From IMG/VR virus record IMGVR_UViG_3300017963_000189: 64,000 bases of DNA. One strand, given 5' to 3'. The DNA comes from a virus. Its lineage: Duplodnaviria > Caudoviricetes. The position numbers and the translations under genes are program-made. Of the stretch, positions 35,211 through 45,901 are shown one piece after another (within the stretch, counting starts at the first letter, position 1; the number at the start of each line of letters is the position of its first letter). The notes below the pieces were generated by a model, which was not told the DNA's origin, did not search any database, and worked only from the letters and a program-made list of their open reading frames with translations.

Positions 35211-36986
35211 TTAACCACCTATCATAGGCATTATTTTCGGCCCTACAAATTTCACACGATCATCTTTGTAATATAATGAATATGTACTAACTCCGTCATG
35301 TTCTAAATTAAAATTATGAAATTCACTTATAGATTCATCATTATTATTTGATACATAATTATGTGTTTGGTTAGAATTGTTACCACTTTCAGCATCAAGA
35401 TAATCAGTATATGATGAAGAATGAAAAAAATGTCCAGCCGAATAATATGTTCCCTTTCCAGCAGCTGAAGCACCAGGAGTAACAAACTTGTGAAATGTAC
35501 CATCACGGCTTGTTTGTATACTTCCATAAAGTTGACTTCCCGCACCATCACCAACCGTTATCAGGGATGCTGTAGCAGTTGATAAAGCCGAACCACTTAT
35601 CCACTTGTGTTCATATAATCTATATAATGAATCTGATGAATGTCTAACTCTGATGTGATATATAACATTCCCTCTATTATCACACGCTAATCCGCCCATA
35701 ATCGCTCTATCATGTGATGGATAGTTAGTTGTCGGTGATGCTTGTTGTACAAAATCAAATGTACTACTTGCTATATCCCATTGAGTAAACCATACAACCG
35801 TACCAGTTGCTTGATCACAACCATAATATAGTATTTTATTATCTTTTCTATTGAAACAAATAGCTCCATACCATTTACGAGTTTTATTCGTTGTACCAGA
35901 TAAAAATGACCACGAATCACCGTTGTCTTGTGATCTCCAAAATCCTATTTCATATGTAGATGTTCCAGATTCTGCTTGTACAAACAATTCTCCATTATCT
36001 GCTTTGACTAAACCTACTCCATTTCCGCCCCATGTACCTATACCACTTGATAAGTTTATTTCAGCTCCCCACGTATAACCATGATCCGTAGATTTGTGAC
36101 ATATTATTTTATTACTAACATTTCTTGTTCTACTTACCATAACTAAATCACCATTGTCCGCAGTAACTATATTTTGATAATCGAGATATGTTGTTCCGGT
36201 CACAATAGTTGCGAATGAAGATGTAGCAAAACTATCTCCTTGTCCTATTATTACTCTCAATCTCCATGTAGTTCTTTCGCCATGGATGGCGACCAAATTA
36301 CCATTCGCTGCTCTCGTTATCATTGGTTGAAGCGGATAATACATAGCCACAACATTTGTAGTCGTGTATAATAATATTGACGGGTCAATTACAACAGGAT
36401 ATACTGCATTATCTAACCAAGTCGGATCAACAGAATACCTGAATATGTCTTTATCTTTTCCTTGTATCTTCTTTGTTGTTATTTCTAAATTAGCATCAGT
36501 TCTACTTCCACTAGCATCAACTAAAAACGGTACTTGGATTTTACAATATTCCTCTTGTATTATTCCATTTTTATCATCGTCGCCCAAAACTATTATATCA
36601 CCATTGCTTTGGGTGGCGAACGCTATACTGCCAGATACATCGTATGAAGATGATACAATGTAATCTATCTCGTTCCACGGTGGGCGAAATGGTAAAATGT
36701 ATGATTCTTTGAACTTACTTCCACTCGTTTCATATTCCAACGGCCCATAATTCAACCTATAATCATCTAACTTATTGATTACATTATGTGGTAAATCAGG
36801 TAACAATGTAAGTGAACAACTATTTGGAAATTCAATCGTATGTTCAGGTGTCTCGTCTACTTTATCATGTATCTTTATTTTCGCCCGACCATAGTTTATC
36901 TTGTGTTGATACTTACTTGTTACTTCATCGTCCTCAATCATGGATTGAAATGTATTTTCTGGTGTGTATATCCCTTTTCTACTCAT
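35211..36986 (-). CDS. tail-associated adhesin with Asp-box (BNR/sialidase-like) beta-propeller
   Basis: HKSTDHGYTWG and WRSQDNGDSWS Asp-boxes; DPTWLDNAVYPVVIDPS N-domain. Confidence 0.7.
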   Translation of the reverse strand: MSRKGIYTPENTFQSMIEDDEVTSKYQHKINYGRAKIKIHDKVDETPEHTIEFPNSCSLTLLPDLPHNVINKLDDYRLNYGPLEYETSGSKFKESYILPFRPPWNEIDYIVSSSYDVSGSIAFATQSNGDIIVLGDDDKNGIIQEEYCKIQVPFLVDASGSRTDANLEITTKKIQGKDKDIFRYSVDPTWLDNAVYPVVIDPSILLYTTTNVVAMYYPLQPMITRAANGNLVAIHGERTTWRLRVIIGQGDSFATSSFATIVTGTTYLDYQNIVTADNGDLVMVSRTRNVSNKIICHKSTDHGYTWGAEINLSSGIGTWGGNGVGLVKADNGELFVQAESGTSTYEIGFWRSQDNGDSWSFLSGTTNKTRKWYGAICFNRKDNKILYYGCDQATGTVVWFTQWDIASSTFDFVQQASPTTNYPSHDRAIMGGLACDNRGNVIYHIRVRHSSDSLYRLYEHKWISGSALSTATASLITVGDGAGSQLYGSIQTSRDGTFHKFVTPGASAAGKGTYYSAGHFFHSSSYTDYLDAESGNNSNQTHNYVSNNNDESISEFHNFNLEHDGVSTYSLYYKDDRVKFVGPKIMPMIGG

Positions 36987-36996
36987 TTACTACCTC

Positions 36997-38511
36997 TTAA
37001 AATGTCATTTTTAAATTAACTGATAATCCCATACATTGTTTCGATTCCGATATATGTACTCTAATATAATCATCTTCAATAAAAGTTATCGTTCCACCCG
37101 GAGTACCTGTTGTCCATCCTGCATTACTAGCACTTATAATACTTTCATTAAGCTCTGTTGTATCATTCTTTTCTGCTCGTATCATACAACTTCCGGATAC
37201 AGTCGTAACTCTAATTTCATCAAATGTAAATCCATCAGGAACTACTATTGGTGGCGTAATACCATCGTAAGCACTTCCTTGATATACAACAGGAATATTT
37301 ACTCGTCTACTATATGTTGACGCACTAAAAGCACCATGTACTCTCAATAAACTTCCACTACTATCAGTTAAATTCGGCCCCATGACTATTCCACCATCAT
37401 GTTCTATCGTCATTCGTGTTTGTCGTGAATTGTCTTCAGTATAAAAAACCATAGCTTGTTCATTAGAACCAACTCGTTTTCCATAAATACCACAATTAGC
37501 AGAAGTGGAAATAAAATGTATTCCAGCAGAAGAACCTACAACTGAATTATTATTAATAACTCGTATTCCATGTATATTTCCTACATCAGTATGATAACCA
37601 GGATTATTAAAAACAAGATCGAGCATAGATGAACCACTATTACGTATATACACAGCATTTGTAGTAATCGCTGATCTAAACGCTGCTAAAATAGTGTTAT
37701 CTGCGGAACCAGAATAAACATGAAGTGAATAAGTTGGATTTGTAATTCCTATTCCTACGTGTTGTTTTTTATTAATCGTCATAGCGTGTGATAAACTACC
37801 CGCATTGGCGGTAAAAAATTCTAATTTAGCATCACCATGAGCTTCTCCCAATGTTTTTGCGTTAATTTTTGCGTAAACTCCTTGAGTAGCACCTTCATTA
37901 TCAGCATTCCAAAATCGTATGTCACCATATACAGATTCTCCTGCTTGATTGTCTTGAGCTCCCATTAAAAATAGTGACGCGGATTCTCCAACAGTCGCAC
38001 CAGTTTGAACTCTAATACCGGTATCAGTTATACCATTATATAGATGTAATTTATCTTTAGGGCTGGTTATTCCTATACCCACATTATAAGTAGTATCATC
38101 TAACCAAACCATTGATGATTCATCAGTTTTCCAAATAGATGCTGATGTTTGTAAATTACCGGTTATATTATCTCCATTTCCATAAAAATTAGAAGCAGAT
38201 ATATCTCCCCAAACATGAAAAAGTTTAGCCGGCTCAGTTGTTCCTATACCAACAAATCCGGTTGGTTCATCCCATGTTTGTAAAACACCATTATCAACCA
38301 ATATATTTATTGTTCTATTAGTCAAATCCCACTTGATACCATCATTAAGACCGGTTTCGATAGTATATTCGCCTCCCGCTGCAGCATCATCTCCTATTTG
38401 AATACTTCCACTTATTGTTAATTCATCTGATGGATCTGTTGTTCCTATTCCTACTTTTCCAGGTACTCTAAAATCTTGTTTTCTTAATGAGGCACTTCCA
38501 CTTACTGCCAT
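36997..38511 (-). CDS. tail fibre protein with VGIG repeats
   Basis: GKVGIGTTDP, GFVGIGTTEP, YNVGIGITSP, QHVGIGITNP. Confidence 0.75.
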   Translation of the reverse strand: MAVSGSASLRKQDFRVPGKVGIGTTDPSDELTISGSIQIGDDAAAGGEYTIETGLNDGIKWDLTNRTINILVDNGVLQTWDEPTGFVGIGTTEPAKLFHVWGDISASNFYGNGDNITGNLQTSASIWKTDESSMVWLDDTTYNVGIGITSPKDKLHLYNGITDTGIRVQTGATVGESASLFLMGAQDNQAGESVYGDIRFWNADNEGATQGVYAKINAKTLGEAHGDAKLEFFTANAGSLSHAMTINKKQHVGIGITNPTYSLHVYSGSADNTILAAFRSAITTNAVYIRNSGSSMLDLVFNNPGYHTDVGNIHGIRVINNNSVVGSSAGIHFISTSANCGIYGKRVGSNEQAMVFYTEDNSRQTRMTIEHDGGIVMGPNLTDSSGSLLRVHGAFSASTYSRRVNIPVVYQGSAYDGITPPIVVPDGFTFDEIRVTTVSGSCMIRAEKNDTTELNESIISASNAGWTTGTPGGTITFIEDDYIRVHISESKQCMGLSVNLKMTF

Positions 38512-38513
38512 TG

Positions 38514-40268
38514 TTATACTCCTGTTATATTAAATCGTGAATATCCTACTATACTTTCTCTATTTGTTGTATCTTGTTCCATTAGTGATACATATAAATA
38601 ACTTCCACCCGTATAATGAGCTGATTGACTTATTGATCCCGTAAACTCTAATTTTATTCTCGCCGTTGATCCTACACTTGAAAATGTGTGATCTACATCG
38701 GCTAAATAATCATAATTCTCATATGTAGTTCCACCATCATTACTTACTTTTATATATAAATCGGCTCCGGATGCAGTATATAAATCTGCCGTTGCATTCC
38801 CTACATAAATAGAGCCAATATTTACATTTTGTGGTAATGTGAAATCTCCAAATGTTATACTCCCTGTCTCACATAAACCCATTCCATCTGGCCATTTGTC
38901 TCTTGAATATGACCTAAAACCATCATCATTATATGTAGAAAACAACCAATATTCTTCTCCATCTTCATCAGTAGTCAAAGTGAGATTCGCACCATATGAA
39001 GCAAAAAATTCATTGCCATCCGATTCATATGACACAACTTGACCACCACCACCAGTACGTATGTCGCCAGTTCCATACCCATTTGTATAATATATTGGAT
39101 CACCAACCATTACCATATTTATTTGATCTATCCAACCCATGTACGCTAAATGATTTCTATCAGGCATTACAAAAATGAATTTGTCTTTCAATGTTGGATG
39201 TTCTTGATAACTACCATAATATACTTCTTTTGCTTGTGGAACATATCTTACTTCGGCTTTATTTAATGAATTAATATGTGATCGTATTACTTTACCCTCT
39301 TGACCCCAAACAAACGGCCCTCCAGGTACAGCTCCTGTCACAAAACTATTATCAACATATAAAAATCTTCCTATAAACCCCGGACACAACATTTCAAATG
39401 AATTTCCGGTTCTACTATTATCACTTCCAGTTTTCATAAGAATTGTACCCATATTATAATGATCATTTGATATTCCTAAATCCGTTGTCCTAAAACAAAT
39501 CGTTTGAGCACCAACTACAGATGAAGATGGTTGTGAAGCACTTTGAACTAAAATTGTATCTCCATCACGCAACCATGAACCTATTACCCAATCCTCTTTT
39601 GGATAATATCTCATATGACCATATCTCATGTCTGTTACTCTGTTTGTCGCCAATAAATCGTCGCTCGATGAATCTTGTGTGTTCCACTTCGTTGTATAAT
39701 TATAATCACCTGTGTCATAATGACCCAAATACAACCAATCTCCGGCGACGGCGAGCCCGTTGTAATACGGGTAACCGGGTGAATCATGACTTATCCCATG
39801 TCCTGTTGTCGTTATCGTATCTACTTTCGTTATACTACTCGTATCACTAAAATCATATTTGGCTATACCTGCAGACCCATATCGTCCTACATACGCTTGA
39901 TACCTCTCCCTATCAACCGCAATAGAGTTTTGTGTGTTAGCTCCTATTGGAACAGAATCCCAATATAAAATACTCATACTTCCTGCAGTTTTCATTTTAC
40001 GAACACAAAATCCATCGCCCCAACCCGCACTTACTACTAAATCGCCAGTCGAATTTGGAGTTGGATCAGGAATAGTATGAACTAAATCAGGATTTATCGT
40101 TCTCGTACCTTTTAATGTAGACGCACCTTCATAAAAATCAAAATTATCAGTTCTAAAATTAAATCCAACTTGTATATGATTTCCACGATGAAAATTCCAT
40201 ATAGTATTTTCACCTGCTATTGCTTGTGCTTTCTCGTTTATATAATATGTCGTTGATTTTAATCCCAT
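38514..40268 (-). CDS. tail-associated beta-propeller protein
   Basis: Propeller-like blades (SAGWGDGF, AVDRER, LAVAGDWLY); C-terminal KVSNDGG domain. Confidence 0.6.
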   Translation of the reverse strand: MGLKSTTYYINEKAQAIAGENTIWNFHRGNHIQVGFNFRTDNFDFYEGASTLKGTRTINPDLVHTIPDPTPNSTGDLVVSAGWGDGFCVRKMKTAGSMSILYWDSVPIGANTQNSIAVDRERYQAYVGRYGSAGIAKYDFSDTSSITKVDTITTTGHGISHDSPGYPYYNGLAVAGDWLYLGHYDTGDYNYTTKWNTQDSSSDDLLATNRVTDMRYGHMRYYPKEDWVIGSWLRDGDTILVQSASQPSSSVVGAQTICFRTTDLGISNDHYNMGTILMKTGSDNSRTGNSFEMLCPGFIGRFLYVDNSFVTGAVPGGPFVWGQEGKVIRSHINSLNKAEVRYVPQAKEVYYGSYQEHPTLKDKFIFVMPDRNHLAYMGWIDQINMVMVGDPIYYTNGYGTGDIRTGGGGQVVSYESDGNEFFASYGANLTLTTDEDGEEYWLFSTYNDDGFRSYSRDKWPDGMGLCETGSITFGDFTLPQNVNIGSIYVGNATADLYTASGADLYIKVSNDGGTTYENYDYLADVDHTFSSVGSTARIKLEFTGSISQSAHYTGGSYLYVSLMEQDTTNRESIVGYSRFNITGV

Positions 40269-41960
40269 TTATACACCTACTATCTTTTTCACCACTACAT
40301 TCTTTTGTGTTTCTTTTTCTTCCTTGTCAAATCCACGTATAACTACAACTATTCTCTTGAGTGATAATAAATACGGCCCACGTTTGCCCGACCCTTGTAA
40401 TACAAACTTTACACGAACCGTGTTTCCCCTCGTGTTGAATCTTCTTATTCCCTCTTTACGCCAATCATATGCTTGATAATGATTTCCACCATCATTACTT
40501 ACAAATACCTTGAAATATGTGTCGTCACCGGGTTCAAATACCATATTTGCTATTTTATTTATTTGTATTGATGAAATATTCGTTTCATCTTCAAGTTGAA
40601 AATCACCAAAAACAATATTTCCTTGTGATACAAGTTCCAAAAAATTAGGAAAATTATTTATATCATACGATATAAACGCACTACCATCACCATCATAACC
40701 ACCTAATACCCAATATTCAGTTCCCTCAGATGCTTGAACTTTATGATATGGATGTGGACACCAAGTATATGTAAAATTAAGAGCATTTGGCCCCGTTGTC
40801 GGTTGTGTCGTCGTTGTTCCTTTTTTTCTATATCCATACGCATTTATAGGCCCAACTCCTACCCAATTTTGATTCTCTACATCTATCCAACCAAAATTTC
40901 TACCTGTCCAAGTTGCGTAATTTCTAACTATAGGCATATCACTTCCATATACCGGATGTTTTTTAGCATGTATACCCTCAATAAACAATAATACTGTTCT
41001 CCATCTAGCATCAGTATTGTACCTTGTACCAGCTTCTAACAAAGTTGGAACATTCGTTGTTCCTTCAATACAAGCACTTATATCTACTTTACAAAATCTT
41101 CCATAATTGGTTGATATTATCATAATATTTGGATCGTCGTTATCAGGCACCCATAAATGTGTATATGTATCATTTCCGCCCATTATACTATCAGTTCTTA
41201 CTTGAAATGCGGACGCGGTTACTTCAGATGGATCGGCTTCCGCATAAGAAGCTGTAGCACTTGGATTTACTACCACTCTCAACATAGCATCCGCCCTTGA
41301 CACATAATAAAGTCGATCATGTTCTGCATCATACCAACAATGACCATATCTATGACTATTTATTTGATTTTTTACCGTTAAATTTTCAGCAGTTTCACTT
41401 GGAATGTGCCAACGAAATACCGTTGTAGTTCCTTTATCATCAGGACATATATAAAGATAGTCGCCAACTACCTCTAATCCACTATGATATGTATATCCAA
41501 CTTCATCACTCGGCAAACCATTTCCTGCTTCCGTTAAAACCTCAACCGATAAACTCGATGTATCACTATAATCTATTCGTCCTATATTATCATATACCCA
41601 ATTTCCAAAATAAAAATGTTTCCTTACAGGATCTACAGCACAACTTGGATAATACGCATAACCGTTCATCGGTGTACTATTATTGTAAACAACAGTAAAA
41701 GTACCATCGTCATTCAATCGTCTTATCCCTACTCCATCAGAATATCCAGCACAAAATATAAGATTTCCATCAACTTTTACACTATCTTGTGACAATCCAC
41801 GATCACCACTCCCTGCTCCACCGCGGCTTGTCCAATTATTATCCTTTATATTCCACTCTAAACCTATATGTGTTCGCCAAACAAACTCAAAATATACATC
41901 TTGTTTACTTACAACTTGTTCATTTTGTCCTAACTCAAAACTTTTTATCTTTACTGCCAT
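40269..41960 (-). CDS. tail-associated beta-propeller protein, paralog of 38514..40268
   Basis: CAGYSDGV, AVDPVR, LEVVGDYLY, FVSNDGG. Confidence 0.6.
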   Translation of the reverse strand: MAVKIKSFELGQNEQVVSKQDVYFEFVWRTHIGLEWNIKDNNWTSRGGAGSGDRGLSQDSVKVDGNLIFCAGYSDGVGIRRLNDDGTFTVVYNNSTPMNGYAYYPSCAVDPVRKHFYFGNWVYDNIGRIDYSDTSSLSVEVLTEAGNGLPSDEVGYTYHSGLEVVGDYLYICPDDKGTTTVFRWHIPSETAENLTVKNQINSHRYGHCWYDAEHDRLYYVSRADAMLRVVVNPSATASYAEADPSEVTASAFQVRTDSIMGGNDTYTHLWVPDNDDPNIMIISTNYGRFCKVDISACIEGTTNVPTLLEAGTRYNTDARWRTVLLFIEGIHAKKHPVYGSDMPIVRNYATWTGRNFGWIDVENQNWVGVGPINAYGYRKKGTTTTQPTTGPNALNFTYTWCPHPYHKVQASEGTEYWVLGGYDGDGSAFISYDINNFPNFLELVSQGNIVFGDFQLEDETNISSIQINKIANMVFEPGDDTYFKVFVSNDGGNHYQAYDWRKEGIRRFNTRGNTVRVKFVLQGSGKRGPYLLSLKRIVVVIRGFDKEEKETQKNVVVKKIVGV

Positions 41961-41963
41961 AAC

Positions 41964-42254
41964 TTACTCTCCAAGAACCGGTCTACTTCCAGATATTCCT
42001 TCTATCGCATCTTCTAACGCATTTATTGTATTTTGATGTACAAATTCAAATTCATTGAAATTATTTTCAATCGCGTCAGCTATATCAATTTCATATCCCT
42101 TTCCATCCATCCAATCTTGTAAATTTTGAATCCTTACCTGAAGAGCAACATCAAGTCCTCTGTCGCCACGAAAACGTTCCCTCTCACTTCGTTGAATCTT
42201 CACTTCATCATTTATTCTATTCCATTCTTCCATAAGTAAATCTAAATCACTCAT
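41964..42254 (-). CDS. small helical hypothetical protein
   Basis: 96 aa; AGGAG RBS. Confidence 0.7.
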   Translation of the reverse strand: MSDLDLLMEEWNRINDEVKIQRSERERFRGDRGLDVALQVRIQNLQDWMDGKGYEIDIADAIENNFNEFEFVHQNTINALEDAIEGISGSRPVLGE

Positions 42255-42266
42255 ATAAAACTCCTA

Positions 42267-45131
42267 TTATGTATTTGTTACAACATATACCCAAAATTGA
42301 TGATATTTCTCTAAATCGGCCTCCGGGATCGCATACATATATGAATTTGCACGACCACTATAAATTTCTGTAGCAGCAGCTTCATCTAAATCTCCCTCAA
42401 CAAGTTCAGCATCTTTCTTTATCGTTACACTCGCAAATCGTCTATCATTTGGTACATCGTATTGTATATAATAATGTTCAGTCATATTCACAACCTCAAG
42501 ATTTGTTACATCGGCTACTTGACCGGATGAAGATGCTGCGGCAGTAGCAGCGGTTGATCTTTTACCTGCTTTCAACGCATATACTCTATAATCTAAACTT
42601 CCACTTATTGTAAATGAGTTGTCTATTATAGTCATTGGATCAGTTATACTATCTTCTTTTACTAAACCAACTAAACTATACGCATTATGAGCTCCACCTT
42701 CCGCTCTCCAAACTTCGTATTCATTTATTCCAAGTGTCGCTGAAGCAGAAAAGGACACACTAAATGTATCAGTATTATCAGTTAATGTTACACTTGTTGG
42801 AGCATTTGGAACACTTTGAGATATGTCGCCATAAATAGCTGATCCAGAAAGAAATCCATTTGTGATAAGATTACCTGTACTTGCATTCAATGACATACAA
42901 GGTACAGTACCATACGACCAAATAAAACCTCTATCAGTTCCACTGGACATTATATTAGCTATATAATAACTTGATACTTCACCATGCATATATGTAGCAC
43001 CAGTTTGCATATGAATTCCATATACGGTCGGTGGATTACTCCACAAACCTAAACCATATGTTGTATTAGCACCAATTTGAATTATTCCGGCAACCGAAAG
43101 TGCACGATTAGGAACAGTATTTATACCTACATTTCCACCAAATGTCGCACCATTACTTGCTGAGAAAACGGACGCACTTACCATATTCCATACGTGTAAT
43201 GAATGACTATTTGCTAATTGTAAGTTTGGATCACTCGTTCCTATTCCTACATAACTTCCGGTAACTCTAAGTGTGTAGTCGCCAAATGTTCCCATTGTTA
43301 CGGTGTCCTCGGCTTCAACGGATAAAATAGGAATACCACTTATATCATTTACCTCAAATAATGTACCAACAAATGAATCTCTTACTTGGAATAATGAACC
43401 TTGACTACCCTCTATATTCAATACGGTCGAACCACTTGAATAAACATGAAGTGGATATGAAGGCACAGTTCCTATTCCAACTCCATAACTATGTGACGCA
43501 TATAACATACTTGATGAAATAAATCCGGTTGCTCCATCAATACGTAATGTTTCGCCTTGTGTCGTATATACTCTCGTGTCAACGTCACCACTCGTAGAAT
43601 CACCAAGAATAACTGAGTCGCCATTGTTTATCTGCATTAGATTTGATCCTGCAGAATAAAAATGATGTTGTGTAGATGTCATTCTATGATATGTGTTTGT
43701 CGGCCCATCCCAAGCACGAAGATATTCATTTACAAGTATGTCGCCATTTACACTTAAATGATATGTTCCTCGTGTAGTATTGATCCCAACTTTACCTTCA
43801 ACCTCTAACGATGAAGCTGATACAACAGAACCAGACAACCATATTTGTGATTTTCTAAATCGAGCTATTTCAGTATTATCGGAATAAATATTAACTTCAT
43901 GACCATTTCCAGTATCACCGGCTCTTATTTGTAACTCACCATTTTGTGCTATTGATTGAATAGAATGAAATACAGAATTATTTGATTCAAAATAAATAGC
44001 ATTTGTATCGGTGGTATCTTGACTTTCTATTCTTAGTGCAGTTGAACCCGTCGAATACACATGAAGTTGTGAAACGGGCGTTGCTGTTCCTATTCCTAAT
44101 CTTCCTGCTCTATCTAATATCATTCGATACGCAGCACCTGCAACGGCCCATGAAATTTTATTCCATGTTCCACTACCCATTTGTAATTCATCTGTAGCAA
44201 GACCGGTCGCTACCCACAATGTTGTTCCACTTGCATTCCTTATCCTATATCCTTGTGTATTGTCAACAACTATATATCCATCACGCACTTCTAATTTATC
44301 AATAGGATTGTCCGTTCCAATACCTACATTACCATTCGCATCTATTCTCATTCGTTCATTTGTATGTCCTGCAGTATAAAATCGTATCACTCCACTGGCA
44401 TGGCGGGCTAATATAGATAATCCACCAGAAAGATTTTCCTCAGTCGCTAAAATTCCACCATCTTGTACATACGCACCAGCCGTAGTATATCCAGTTCCAA
44501 GAGTTATTATTCTACATGATGAATCAATAGAACCAGCATTTGATGTAATAAGTTGTGAACTTACAGTTGTTCCAGCATTAGGATTGTTCACCATCAGTTG
44601 TGTATTACCATCTTGACTTTTTTCTACGTGAACAAACATAGACGGATTCGTTGTACCAATACCTACATTACCATTTCCACTAACAAACATATATTCGTCA
44701 CCAATTTGTAATAAATCGTCAGCTCCACTTCCACTTATATTGAGTTTTACCGTTCCTGGCGAAGAATTTCCTATTCCTACATAACTACCGGTTACAAATA
44801 ATGTATATTTATTATATGTTCCTGCTATAACAGTGTCTGTGGCTTGAACTTCTAATATTGGAAGTCCAGATTGATCGTTGACCTCAAATAAAGTTCCTAC
44901 AAATGAATCTTGTACAGAAAATAATGTTCCTTGACTTCCCTCTACATTGAATATAGTTGATCCGCTTGAATATATGTGTAAAGGATATGACGGATTTGTA
45001 CCAATACCAACGTCACCACTTCCACTTATTATCAGGTCGCCACTACTCGCGGAAATGATTGAATCTATTTCACCATCAGTCCTAAACCTTATCGATCCCG
45101 ATCTCGGGACTATAAATACGTCTGTCGCCAC
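42267..45131 (-). CDS. tail fibre protein with GNVGIGT repeats and C-terminal Fn3/Ig-like domains
   Basis: Multiple GNVGIGT repeats; duplicated YPLHxYSSGST...EGSQG...DSFVGTLFEVND.SG.PIL module; PNAPTSVTL Fn3-like start; GTG start. Confidence 0.8.
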   Translation of the reverse strand: MATDVFIVPRSGSIRFRTDGEIDSIISASSGDLIISGSGDVGIGTNPSYPLHIYSSGSTIFNVEGSQGTLFSVQDSFVGTLFEVNDQSGLPILEVQATDTVIAGTYNKYTLFVTGSYVGIGNSSPGTVKLNISGSGADDLLQIGDEYMFVSGNGNVGIGTTNPSMFVHVEKSQDGNTQLMVNNPNAGTTVSSQLITSNAGSIDSSCRIITLGTGYTTAGAYVQDGGILATEENLSGGLSILARHASGVIRFYTAGHTNERMRIDANGNVGIGTDNPIDKLEVRDGYIVVDNTQGYRIRNASGTTLWVATGLATDELQMGSGTWNKISWAVAGAAYRMILDRAGRLGIGTATPVSQLHVYSTGSTALRIESQDTTDTNAIYFESNNSVFHSIQSIAQNGELQIRAGDTGNGHEVNIYSDNTEIARFRKSQIWLSGSVVSASSLEVEGKVGINTTRGTYHLSVNGDILVNEYLRAWDGPTNTYHRMTSTQHHFYSAGSNLMQINNGDSVILGDSTSGDVDTRVYTTQGETLRIDGATGFISSSMLYASHSYGVGIGTVPSYPLHVYSSGSTVLNIEGSQGSLFQVRDSFVGTLFEVNDISGIPILSVEAEDTVTMGTFGDYTLRVTGSYVGIGTSDPNLQLANSHSLHVWNMVSASVFSASNGATFGGNVGINTVPNRALSVAGIIQIGANTTYGLGLWSNPPTVYGIHMQTGATYMHGEVSSYYIANIMSSGTDRGFIWSYGTVPCMSLNASTGNLITNGFLSGSAIYGDISQSVPNAPTSVTLTDNTDTFSVSFSASATLGINEYEVWRAEGGAHNAYSLVGLVKEDSITDPMTIIDNSFTISGSLDYRVYALKAGKRSTAATAAASSSGQVADVTNLEVVNMTEHYYIQYDVPNDRRFASVTIKKDAELVEGDLDEAAATEIYSGRANSYMYAIPEADLEKYHQFWVYVVTNT

Positions 45132-45158
45132 TTAATTTCTCCAATTATACCTTGTAAG

Positions 45159-45166
45159 TATAAATA
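45159..45166 (-). promoter_or_regulatory. TATTTATA promoter-like motif
   Basis: Intergenic, 28 nt upstream of 42267..45131. Confidence 0.6.
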
Positions 45167-45169
45167 TTA

Positions 45170-45901
45170 TTATTTACCAAATCTACCCCTTGTTGATAAA
45201 TAATTCTCATATATTTCTTCATCACTCAATACTCTATCATAAAATAAAACTTGTCCAATAGCACCATTTGGAACATATGCATTATCCCTACCAAAATATG
45301 TTACTCCAGAACCATTATCCACTTGTTTTACGTGCGCACAAGTGTCAGGATTTTCAACTCTTATATTTCCATCTACATACATCTTTATACCTTCAGTAGA
45401 TGAAAGTGTAATCGTATGATGTCTCCAAGTACCATTAGGATGTGATACCGGAAATGGATCAAGAGCTGTTGGATAATAACTTCCGGTTCCGGTTACATCC
45501 ATACGCATCGTTATTCTATTTATTGAACCTCCACTATTTACAACACTAACCCAAAAAAGATTTCCATTTACTCCAGTTATCATTTGATGATACGCATCAG
45601 TTGGAATTGTACCACCACCTGCCGACCCATCGCGGCGCCACCAATATTGTAAAGTAAAATCAGTTGTAGCTTGAGTAATAGGCCCATTAGTAGAATTTCT
45701 AATTTGAGTTGGATGTGTACCATCAAATATAATACGATCTTCCGTATCAAATTGACTATGACTTACTTGTGCATCAAACTTAGCATTATTGACTTTATCA
45801 TACCAATAATCACTTCCACTTACCCAACTTTGGCGATCTTCCCAATCCATACACCAAACTAAACCACTTTGTATTATTCTTCCGCCACCAAATCCGCTCA
45901 T
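45170..45901 (-). CDS. LamG / concanavalin A-like lectin domain protein
   Basis: FTLQYW, WRHHTIT, KMYVDG, GAIGQVLFYDRVLSDEEIYENY. Confidence 0.85.
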   Translation of the reverse strand: MSGFGGGRIIQSGLVWCMDWEDRQSWVSGSDYWYDKVNNAKFDAQVSHSQFDTEDRIIFDGTHPTQIRNSTNGPITQATTDFTLQYWWRRDGSAGGGTIPTDAYHQMITGVNGNLFWVSVVNSGGSINRITMRMDVTGTGSYYPTALDPFPVSHPNGTWRHHTITLSSTEGIKMYVDGNIRVENPDTCAHVKQVDNGSGVTYFGRDNAYVPNGAIGQVLFYDRVLSDEEIYENYLSTRGRFGK

